Virus record (IMG/VR): IMGVR_UViG_3300010885_050982
Location: 39,388 to 103,387 of that record
DNA from: a virus
Length of the DNA: 64,000 bases
Direction: 5' to 3' (one strand)
Below are positions 10,236 through 19,400 of this stretch, piece after piece. A program made the position numbers and the translations under genes. Under the pieces are notes generated by a model. The model worked only from the letters and a program-made list of their open reading frames with translations, had not been told where the DNA came from and searched no databases. Each line of letters begins with the position of its first letter. The first letter of the stretch is position 1.

Positions 10236-10480
10236 TCATTACGTTTGAATTGCCAAATTCCGGGATATTGAGACTCAATATATTCTATTCTGTCAACCAC
10301 CCAATTGGCTCTATCTTCCGACGTGGCCGACAATGCTTGAGGAATATCCTCGGACAACACTACGCGTCCGTCGCGCGTCGTGAATTTAATTGATATGAAC
10401 TGGTCGCGACTGTCGCGTCCGATTTGAACAATCCCGCCGCCGTCCATGAAACGCCCCTCTCGTGAGACCATTACTTTCAA
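10232..10480 (-). CDS. Hypothetical protein
   Basis: Overlapping start/stop junctions on both sides. Confidence 0.5.
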   Translation of the reverse strand: MKVMVSREGRFMDGGGIVQIGRDSRDQFISIKFTTRDGRVVLSEDIPQALSATSEDRANWVVDRIEYIESQYPGIWQFKRNE

Positions 10481-11088
10481 ACATTGGCAGAGTAAAGATC
10501 AGTAACTGACGACTCGACCTGCTTGGGCGCGAACCGCGCCAAGAACTCGGCAACGGACCCATAGGGCCGACGTCGATTGATCACGCCATACGCTTTGATC
10601 CCGTAAACTCGCCGGGTTTCCATGTCGACCATGTAGTATCCCGACCCGTTGTAGTCGATATTGACGTATTTCCGGCCTCGCTTCAGGATGACTTTCGTTC
10701 CCCAGTGAGCATCCATTGGGCAGTCGTCGTGTTTTTGTCGTTCGATCGCTCGGGCCAACGCAACCAGTTCCGCGTCGAATTCGTCAGCCGTTGGGGCGAC
10801 ATGCTTCGGGACCGGGTCGGTTTCCTTGCGAGGAGCCTCGAAGAACTCGTATTCGCTCTCCAAGGGAAAATGGCTGAACTCGTAAGACTTGACGATCCAT
10901 CCGCTATACCGATGGTCGCCAATCCAGTTGCCCTCACCGAACGAGTAGTTGTCCCGGTGCTCGTGATCTTTTCCGTAGTGAGCAGTGGGAGGGAACTTGC
11001 TTGCGGCGTCCAACATCTGTTTGAACGATTCACGCGAGCCATACCCGAAGCCGATCACGACTTCGCGAACAGTCCTGCCGTATGACAA
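10477..11088 (-). CDS. Hypothetical phage protein (start uncertain)
   Basis: GRKYVNID...YMVDMET..VYG.KAYG motif typical of phage early proteins. Confidence 0.55.
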   Translation of the reverse strand: MSYGRTVREVVIGFGYGSRESFKQMLDAASKFPPTAHYGKDHEHRDNYSFGEGNWIGDHRYSGWIVKSYEFSHFPLESEYEFFEAPRKETDPVPKHVAPTADEFDAELVALARAIERQKHDDCPMDAHWGTKVILKRGRKYVNIDYNGSGYYMVDMETRRVYGIKAYGVINRRRPYGSVAEFLARFAPKQVESSVTDLYSANV

Positions 11089-11704
11089 CTGGATGATGTT
11101 TGTTGATGCTATTCATCGATCCGGACCACAAATAAAGATACTTGCGACCGATTTTCGCGACTCTCACTGTTTCGATGATCGGTTCCGGGTTGCTAGACAA
11201 CTTTCTTGTGCTTCTGCGATACGATTGATCCACCTCGCGGTACAGCACGTCACCAACCTTGATCGGTGGCAGTTCAAGCGGCGTTTTCGTCATGGCGTTT
11301 CCTTAGCAGGGGAAGTCGTTTTGAAACAATATCAGCAGCAACAATGTTCGCCGGGCAACCAAACAAATCCGCTAACAAGCAAGTGGAAACGAGACCAGCC
11401 ACCTCGGTACTGTCAAGGCAATCAGGTTCGTCGTTTAACGCAATCCACTCAACGCCGAACCAATAAGACGGCGTCTTGTACTTTCGCTTTCGGTCGTACA
11501 CCTTCAAATCGGCTCCGCTTTTCGACATGCCAGATTTCCTTTAACAGCAGGGGAATTGAGTTGGAATTAAAATTCGGACAAGATCGTTTTCAGGACCAAG
11601 TCGAAAAGAGATCGCATCCAAGCAAGGTCCGTCAGTTGCCAGTGAGATATCCAATGATCGTATCGCAAGATCTCATCATCTTTGGGGACGCGAACTTCAA
11701 CTCC

Positions 11705-11980
11705 TTACAATTCGATCGCATGCCCATGCTTCGCTGCAAGTTCGCGACCCGCATCAGTGAAGTCGACGTACATGTCCTTGGCGCGACCCTTTCCTTCATT
11801 GTCGTGGATTACGATGAGCCCCTTCTTGACAAGGTCCGACAGGTTTCCACGATGCTCTTTCGTTGGAGCGATGTTCCCGCAGGATACCCAGGGGGTTCCT
11901 GACCAATTACCGGCGTCGGCGGCATACATCAGGAAAGTTGCCAGCGATGCGTCGGTCAATTCGAGTGATTTGTCTGACAT
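11705..11980 (-). CDS. Winged-helix-like hypothetical protein
   Basis: GAGGAG RBS before ATG; RGNLSDLVKKGLI...FTDAGRELA resembles a wHTH C-terminus. Confidence 0.6.
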   Translation of the reverse strand: MSDKSLELTDASLATFLMYAADAGNWSGTPWVSCGNIAPTKEHRGNLSDLVKKGLIVIHDNEGKGRAKDMYVDFTDAGRELAAKHGHAIEL

Positions 11981-12192
11981 TTTTCGTCTCCTCAATTTGC
12001 TGCTTTTCTCATCCCCCACGTTATTGCAAACGCACGTCAGCACGGAAGGATCACGAACAGGGACAAGAATTTTTGAGAATTCATGAAATTGTTTTTTCAA
12101 TTTTCTTTCCAATTTCCGTGATCCTTTCCGGCCTCGGTGCGTTTGCCCTTATGTGGGGACAATAAAAACGAAAACGAGAAGCGGAGAGAATC

Positions 12193-12480
12193 ATGAAACG
12201 TAAAGAGATGTCGCTTCGAGACTATCACAACTCTCTGAAAAACGGAGCGGAGTACTTGTGGGTGTGCGGCATCGGTTATCCAACAGGATGCGATTTCCGT
12301 AACAACCTTGAAGAGTCGGAGTCGATGGAATACTGCGACCTGAACGAGATTATCGATCAGCTTGGGTTGTGGGACCTGAATGGGATTGTTGACCAAAATA
12401 ACCGCTGGGAGTGGGACGGGGCCGGAAACCCAGTTGACCATCAAGGAAATTCGATACTCAACATCAAGGCTATGCCTTAG
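12193..12480 (+). CDS. Hypothetical protein
   Basis: GGAG RBS; divergent from the minus-strand cluster. Confidence 0.55.
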   Translation: MKRKEMSLRDYHNSLKNGAEYLWVCGIGYPTGCDFRNNLEESESMEYCDLNEIIDQLGLWDLNGIVDQNNRWEWDGAGNPVDHQGNSILNIKAMP

Positions 12481-12491
12481 GGAGCGGGATC

Positions 12492-13001
12492 ATGAAGGAA
12501 CGATGGGAAGTCTACGTCAGCGGCGGGAAGCATCAACTTGAAATCGAGTCGGAACGAGACGAGCACTCCGTCCGAATCGAAGCGGCGGGAATGATCGGTG
12601 TCGACGTCATGAAAGTGTCTGTCGCGATGATCGCCTACTGCAATCGCAAGATGGACGGAAAACGGGTCGACGGTGTTGTTGTTCCGCGAAGATACTCCAA
12701 GGAATCGCTTGCGAACGGGCGAATGTTTCAACTCGGGAACGACTGGGAGGTTATCCCCAGTGGAGACGGCGGCTGGCATGTGGCGAAGACCGTAGAAAAG
12801 AAGGGTTACGTCTACGAATCGAAAGACAGCGAGAACAACATTACGTCTCGGGTGTACAAGAAAGATAACGGGGCGTATTCAGTTCGCACGATCGACGGCG
12901 ATTCAGGACAACCGATCGAAATCCGCAACGGGTATCGATCGGAAGACGACGCCAAGAGACACGCAAACAAAATGACTGGGAAAGGAAGTGAAACCAGATG
13001 A
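12492..13001 (+). CDS. Hypothetical protein
   Basis: GGAG RBS; ORF continuity. Confidence 0.55.
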   Translation: MKERWEVYVSGGKHQLEIESERDEHSVRIEAAGMIGVDVMKVSVAMIAYCNRKMDGKRVDGVVVPRRYSKESLANGRMFQLGNDWEVIPSGDGGWHVAKTVEKKGYVYESKDSENNITSRVYKKDNGAYSVRTIDGDSGQPIEIRNGYRSEDDAKRHANKMTGKGSETR

Positions 13002-13211
13002 GCCATTCACCGGGGCCGTGGAAGATAGGTCAAAAGTTTTCTGGCAATATGGATGAAATCGAACAGCCAGACGGGCGAGCTATTGCTGTTGTATGGACGA
13101 GGATACTCGACCTACTGTCGCGCTAATTTTTGAGATTCTGGCAAAAAACCTAATTTGATATGCTCGCCGGTCAATACCGAGCGAGCATTTTCATTTTTCG
13201 GACGATCAGCC

Positions 13212-14822
13212 ATGCTTTCCAATGCCGAACGAATCGAACAGGCAAAAGATCGATACAAAAAGCACATTGAAAGCGGTCCAGGACAGAGGGATTTGTTCAC
13301 GGGCGAGACTCGGAAGTCGGCGAAAACGCAAGGGAAATTCCACTGGATCACGCTAAAGTCTCACGATGGAGAACCGACAACTCACGTCGAGATCAGCGAC
13401 GATGGCAAGGTTCGCAAGGGTCCTGCGGGACTGACCGGGAAATCGCTTTTCGATCACGAATCGAAATCGCCGGATACTGAGAAACCGAAAATCGTCAAAG
13501 TTCCTGCTCGGCCTGCTGTTCATCATGGTACGGCACGACGGGAACCGGCGGCACCGGCGTCTCATTTACGGCATTTGCCAGACGGTCGAGTTGTTGGACC
13601 GACCGTTATGTCGATCGACGATTTGCACGTCGACCCCGAGCGATTCCAGTACAAGGTCAGTGGGATTAACAAGGAAACCGGGACCAATTCCGAGATTCGC
13701 GACAACACGATCTACAACCCCGAGTTGGGCGGACAGTTGCTGGTCTGGAAAGATCCTGCTGACGGCAAGACGTACGTCGTCAACGGTCACCACCGCGCAG
13801 AGTTGGCGAAAAAATCTCCACGGTCGAGCGAAATCGGAGAGTTCAACGGGTCGCATCCCGTCTACTACATCAACGCCAGGGACCACGTGGAGGCCCGCGC
13901 GCACGGAGCGTTGGCCAATATTGCCGAGGGACGCGGGACAGCGACTGACGCGGCGAAATTCATGCGAGACATGGGCGTCGGTCCCGAACATTTCAAAAAG
14001 CACGGAATCAGCCACAAGGGCGCTCTGGCTGCGGCGGCGATGGAGTTGAAAAAGCTTTCACCGATGATCTTCCAGAAGTTGACGAATGGGATGATTTCGG
14101 AAGGCCGGGCGGCGATGATCGGAAAGCACCTTCCGAACGAAGACGCCCAGGATCAGCTCTACCGATGGATCGAGAAACACGAAAAGCAACCCGGCGACTA
14201 TTCCGACCGGAAAGTTGCCGAAATGGCAAAGTCGACGGCGGCAATGAAACCGAAGCAAGCCGGTATGGGTGGCGGACTGCTCGGGGACTGGTTCGATGAG
14301 TTTCCGATCGAACAAAGAGCCGACATCGCCGACCATGTTGCTCGAACCCTGTCAGGCGAAACGAAATCGCTTCGAGACGCATCGTCAGAACGTCGCAAGG
14401 GAGTGATCGAAGCCGAAGGGGACAATAAGATTGACGCGGTCACCAATCGTGCCAGGGCGATGAAATCGGCGGCGGCACTGGAAGAATTCGATCACCGCGT
14501 GAACGCTCAAGGACATCCGATCGCACAGCTTTTAGACCAATATGCAGAAAGGCTCGCAAGTGAACCAAAAAAACGAACAGCCATCCTCAAAGAAGCCCTC
14601 GCAGAAGTCAGGAAACTCGCTGAAGCTGGATCGGGAGGGAAAACCGATGACGGAGCAGCAGATCGAACACATGTTCGGCCACTTCAAGGAGATGGTCCGG
14701 GACGGCGCGATTCAGAACAGCCAGCTTCAAATGGAGTGAGTCGGTTTTCCAGGCTGGAGGCGGCAGAGGCTAATTATCGGTATTATTGCGAGAGAGTCGC
14801 CGGTAAGAATTCTCAGTCTTAG
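13212..14822 (+). CDS. Polyvalent protein with ParB-like domain
   Basis: VDPERFQYK...LLVWKDPADGKTYVVNGHHRAELA...LANIAEG; N-terminal shared linker motifs support ATG 13212. Confidence 0.75.
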   Translation: MLSNAERIEQAKDRYKKHIESGPGQRDLFTGETRKSAKTQGKFHWITLKSHDGEPTTHVEISDDGKVRKGPAGLTGKSLFDHESKSPDTEKPKIVKVPARPAVHHGTARREPAAPASHLRHLPDGRVVGPTVMSIDDLHVDPERFQYKVSGINKETGTNSEIRDNTIYNPELGGQLLVWKDPADGKTYVVNGHHRAELAKKSPRSSEIGEFNGSHPVYYINARDHVEARAHGALANIAEGRGTATDAAKFMRDMGVGPEHFKKHGISHKGALAAAAMELKKLSPMIFQKLTNGMISEGRAAMIGKHLPNEDAQDQLYRWIEKHEKQPGDYSDRKVAEMAKSTAAMKPKQAGMGGGLLGDWFDEFPIEQRADIADHVARTLSGETKSLRDASSERRKGVIEAEGDNKIDAVTNRARAMKSAAALEEFDHRVNAQGHPIAQLLDQYAERLASEPKKRTAILKEALAEVRKLAEAGSGGKTDDGAADRTHVRPLQGDGPGRRDSEQPASNGVSRFSRLEAAEANYRYYCERVAGKNSQS

Positions 14823-14828
14823 AAAATC
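14808..14828. promoter_or_regulatory. Palindromic site copy 1 (TTCTCAGTCTTAGAAAAT)
   Basis: Matches copies at 36199 and 55997; overlaps the stop codon of the ParB-like gene. Confidence 0.5.
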
Positions 14829-14846
14829 AAGCTTTGGAGCAAGATC

Positions 14847-15032
14847 GTGAGTTTCGACAAGAAATACCCTAAAAGGAAAGATCATCGACGGCAGTACGTC
14901 TCCGGTTCGCGTCGATTCGACCGTACTTGCCGTACTGGAGGATCATGCCCGCACTGCATTGGAAACCGGCTCCACAACAGTCGAGTACGGTCGGAAAAGG
15001 CGTCAATTTCCATGTATCTGAGGGAAGACTGA
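14847..15032 (+). CDS. Small basic Cys-containing phage protein
   Basis: GGAG RBS; FDRTCRTGGSCPHCIGNR motif. Confidence 0.6.
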   Translation: MSFDKKYPKRKDHRRQYVSGSRRFDRTCRTGGSCPHCIGNRLHNSRVRSEKASISMYLRED

Positions 15033-15033
15033 G

Positions 15034-15345
15034 ATGCGATTGAGCGAGTTGGAGCCAAGGTGGATTCACCCCAGCATGTTCGTTTTCAAGTGTCCCTGTT
15101 GCCGTAATGTCTGGTTGACATGCAAGAGCAGTCCGATGACCCGGCAGGAAACATGGAATATCTTGAGAAGTGGACTCGGCGAGGACTGGAATCAAATTGT
15201 CGTTCCCCCGAGCCCGGAAACGCAATGGTCAATTTCCAATAACGTCCCAAGAGGATTCGCGGATAACATTTCGGTTACGCCCTCGATCGACGCCAGCGCA
15301 TCCGGTCATTGGCATGGGTTCATCACCAATGGGGAAATCAAGTGA
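15034..15345 (+). CDS. DUF6527-like hypothetical protein
   Basis: FKCPCC...SVTPSID...HWHGFITNG. Confidence 0.6.
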   Translation: MRLSELEPRWIHPSMFVFKCPCCRNVWLTCKSSPMTRQETWNILRSGLGEDWNQIVVPPSPETQWSISNNVPRGFADNISVTPSIDASASGHWHGFITNGEIK

Positions 15346-16460
15346 TGTCTATTGCTGAGCGAATCCAGGTGGCCAAAACACGATTCTTGTCGTGGCCAGA
15401 CCAGTACGCAAAGTTCAAAGTTGCGCATGGCCAAAAATCGTTGTGGGGCGAAGAGGATGAGGTAAAGCATCCCCGTAACGAAATCGGCGAATTCGCAAAA
15501 AAAGACTCTCCAGCAGTGATCCGAGCGGATAAGGGTAACGTTTCTCCTATTGGTGACGAAAACAAACCTAACGGAGAAAAGAAAATGGAAGCGAAAGAAT
15601 TCACTGGAAATGGCGGCGCGAAAGCAGTTGTAAAACCAGCAAGCGACGGCAACGGACATTCAGCCGTTATTGAATGGAAAGCTGGAAACAGCCTTCATCG
15701 CGACATCGCTGGAAAGGATTTCAAGGGGCGGCTTGTTCGGTTCGGTGCCGATGGCGTGCAGCACGTGATGACCGGGCATGGTGAAGTCATGCTGGATATC
15801 GGTATCGTTAAGATCGAAGGTAAATCGCGGGCGATGAAGGTTCGCGTTTCCGACAAGCCGGAGCTGCAAGCTGCGGCGGAAGTATTGCTGCCGGAATACA
15901 AAGCTGGGTGGGAAAAACACCTAAAGACACAAGCGGATCTTGAGCAGCAAGAAAAACAACGCCGCGAAGCTACGAGAAGCGATTCGCACAAGATCGCTCC
16001 GATTTACCATGACGGCGAATACCTGAGCGGATATCAAGTATACGGCGATGAAGCCGAAATACTGAAGGATCTTGGGTTGGCAAAGCATGTCAGCGGGTGG
16101 GGTTACGAAGTCTCGCAAAAGGTCATCAAAGATCTTGGAAAAGAGTTCACCGTTGAGCAAGCCAAGGCGTACGCCAAGCCTGCAATGGACGCCAAAGCCG
16201 AATCTGACGCCACGCGAGAAGAGGCAAACAAAGCTAAACGTGAAGTCATCGAAAATAAGAAGTCGGAAATGGTTGACGCCGGAAAGTCGTTCGCGACTCC
16301 AAAGCAGATCGCGGTGATCGAACGAGCAAGACGAGACTGGTTCGATATTTTCGACGGCGCGGGCGGCTATGGAATGAACGGGCCAACCGACGAACAGTTG
16401 GAGTTGATGACCAAAGACGAAGCGTCGAGCCTGATTTCAGAAATCTTGGCTTCACGATAA
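15345..16460 (+). CDS. Polyvalent-family protein of unknown function
   Basis: MSIAERIQVAK...DQYAK...GQKSLW...KHPRNEIGEF leader; C-terminal ATPKQI...MTKDEASSLI motif. Confidence 0.75.
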   Translation: MSIAERIQVAKTRFLSWPDQYAKFKVAHGQKSLWGEEDEVKHPRNEIGEFAKKDSPAVIRADKGNVSPIGDENKPNGEKKMEAKEFTGNGGAKAVVKPASDGNGHSAVIEWKAGNSLHRDIAGKDFKGRLVRFGADGVQHVMTGHGEVMLDIGIVKIEGKSRAMKVRVSDKPELQAAAEVLLPEYKAGWEKHLKTQADLEQQEKQRREATRSDSHKIAPIYHDGEYLSGYQVYGDEAEILKDLGLAKHVSGWGYEVSQKVIKDLGKEFTVEQAKAYAKPAMDAKAESDATREEANKAKREVIENKKSEMVDAGKSFATPKQIAVIERARRDWFDIFDGAGGYGMNGPTDEQLELMTKDEASSLISEILASR

Positions 16461-16475
16461 TCGAGGACGCCTTGC

Positions 16476-19400
16476 ATGGAAACGACCGAACGAATCGCCA
16501 GAGCGATGGAACGATACTCGAAGGAATTCGAGTCGAAGCATCCCCGCGATCAGGATGGGATGTTTGCTGAAAAAATAGAGTCGACAGCAGCGATGGCAGA
16601 CGGGGCATTCAATCCATCCTGGAGCGTCCGTAAGCATGGTCGCATGGACTGCTTGATGCCAGTCAACCACGACAGCAAGCCGTTTGTTGCAGAGCTGCAA
16701 AGAATCAGCAGTTCGCTATATGATCTCGATAAAGACGATCCTGAGCAAAAGTTCGCAATCGACATCGAGAATCGCATAGGACAGGCTGTCCACGAATTCA
16801 CATTCAGGAACGTTCACACGGAATACGGAAACGAAAAGTCGGCATTTGGCGTCACTGGGACTGGATCTGCCACGGAGGTCGTCAAGAATGCTGCGGCATG
16901 CTTAATCAAGGCGATCAAGTTGTATTCGCACGCTCTTCCTGTAATCTACTTCACTGCCGCAGAGAGAAGCCGAATTGGCTTGTATTCGCTGCTTTCTAAA
17001 CGGGCTGAAAAAGTGACTGGATATATTGGATACCGCGTTGATCTTGGAAATTCCGATCATGCGCTGTTTGCTCTTGTCGACCCAAGCAAGGCGACGGAGT
17101 TCGAGTCTGTAATCAGACGCCAAAATGCTAAAGTTGAGCGATACCAGAAATGGGACGAGTCGAAGCACGTTCGCGACGAAGTCGGAAAGTTCGCAAATAA
17201 ATCGTCATCAGGTTCGATCAGCGAATCCGACAAAGTTGCGATGCCGTTCGATCCATTCCCGAAAACATTCAAGGAAATGAAGAACCGGGATTATGTCGAC
17301 GTATGGCATGGAACAACATTACAGCGGCTTGAGAAGATTATCGAAAGCGGTAAGACGAAAACTGGCGAGCGAGGTCAGTTTTTGGTGTCCCCAAGATTCC
17401 GCCATGCAAGCCAATATCCAGAGTTCCCTGGAGAAGACGAAGATCCAATCGTCGTCTCGATTCGAGTTCCAGTGAGCAATCTCCTTCCAGACGAAAATGA
17501 TCAACCGGGAATTAGCCTTGAGCAATCGCTTTTTGGCAATCACTTCGGGCTTGCTGCTGATGTCGATGGAGGAATAGACATCTCTCAGATTCGCGGAGTC
17601 TACGGTGAGTCTGTCGATGATGCATGGACAGTTGCTGAAACTGGCAGGCATGTTGCCGAATCAATTCTCAAAAACAAGTCGAATCGGCTCGATCCTGTCG
17701 AGTCTGCTCGCATTGATTACGCCGAAAACGGCACGAAATCAAAAGCGTTTAAGGCATGGTTCGGCGACTCGAAGGTTGTCGATTCCGATGGCGAGCCACA
17801 AGAAACGCACGGGACCGCGAAACCGGTCTACCACGGGACCCCGCATGACTTCGAAGCTTTCGACAGCAGTACGCAAGACTGGTCGTGCGAGGTCGGGAAA
17901 GGGTTCTACTTCACGGACAACGAAGAACTGGCGAGATCAGAATATTCGAAGGGCGGAAAAGTCATCGCCGCGTACCTGAAGATTGACAAGCCTTTGGATT
18001 TGGACAAACCAATCTCCGACTCTGATCGTGACGCGATCATGGAAGCGGGCAAGAAAAAATTCAATCATGTCGACTGGAACGCTCCCAGCGGACTGACCGG
18101 GGACGGCATTCACAGGTGGATCGACAATCAGCTCGGAACAGCATTCGTCAACGACGTCATTGAGGCTGCTGGTTTCGATGGGATCACTCACATTGCGAGA
18201 AATAAACTGGGGGGTCGCGATAAAAAGAAGATGGATGACTTCGGTCGCGTCTGGATTGCGTTTGCCCCCTCGCAAGTGAAAAGTACTGACAATCGAGGGA
18301 CGTTTGACCCGAAAGACAATCGCATGGCATATTCCAAGAGAATTGCGAATGCTATCGAGATGTATTCGTTCGACCCAAGTCAACCACGGGACAAGTCTGG
18401 CCAATGGACAGCCTACGACATCGGCCACAAATCGGGGATGAACGGGTTTGTCAGCAAAAGAGAAAGGCAAAAAGCCCTTCGCGAAAACGGGCACGATATT
18501 GCTGATTCAAAAGTGATGCAAGAGTTCAATCGTGGGCACAGCGATGCTATAAGCCAAAAGCAGAACGAAAGGGAGCAGGCGAAGAATCTGCGACTCGCCC
18601 CATTCATAGAGGCTGCGAGGAAAAACTGGAAGCCTGGAGATTTCGACATTGACGATAGCGATACGCAAGCATGGGAGGCGAAATTAAAATCGATCGCTGA
18701 GGAAGATGCAGACAATGCAGACAATGAAATGGATGCTGAGAACGAAAAACAGCAACAAATCAATCGAGACATGAAAAAACACCTTGTTTCCGAAGAAGTT
18801 ACATCAAGAGCCAGAAAGATTGTTGGCGATTGGGCGAAAGATCATGGATGGGAAGTATCGAACGAACATTCGTCTCGAACGAATTCGCATTACTGCACCC
18901 TTGCGAAAAGAAACGGAGACGAGGAGGAATCGTTTACTGTTCGCGTTTCGGATCATCACGCACCGCATGGAAGCGGCTTCAATGAGGCTAAGCAGGAGTA
19001 CCATGAGCCATCTGATGTGAATATTGTTCCTGAACTACCACCTTATGATGACGAATCAGACTGGAAAGAGTTTGACGTTAAGTCTGGCCCGGATTGGTCA
19101 AGATTCACCGTTGACACCACTGAACTTGATAAGATGGCGAGAGGCGATGCCACAGACAGGCAGTCCTATTCCAAGAGAATCCAATCCGTCCTTGAACGGT
19201 ACTCGAAAAAACCAGGCGAGAAGAAAGAGCACAAATTCAGTTCGACTCAAATCGACGTTCCACCAGAGATCGCAGAGAAAATCAGGAAACTTGCCGAGCG
19301 AATCCCGGACAATCAGCTTGCCGACGATGGTCGCGAAACAGACTTCCACATTACGGCGCTTTTCGGCCTGCACACGAACGATCCTGACGACGTGAAGGAA

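Noticed and set aside
10985-11902. 305-aa plus-strand ORF (likewise 43112-44260 and 58949-60052 on the minus strand)
   Set aside because: Shadow ORFs opposite better-supported genes, with no recognisable motifs
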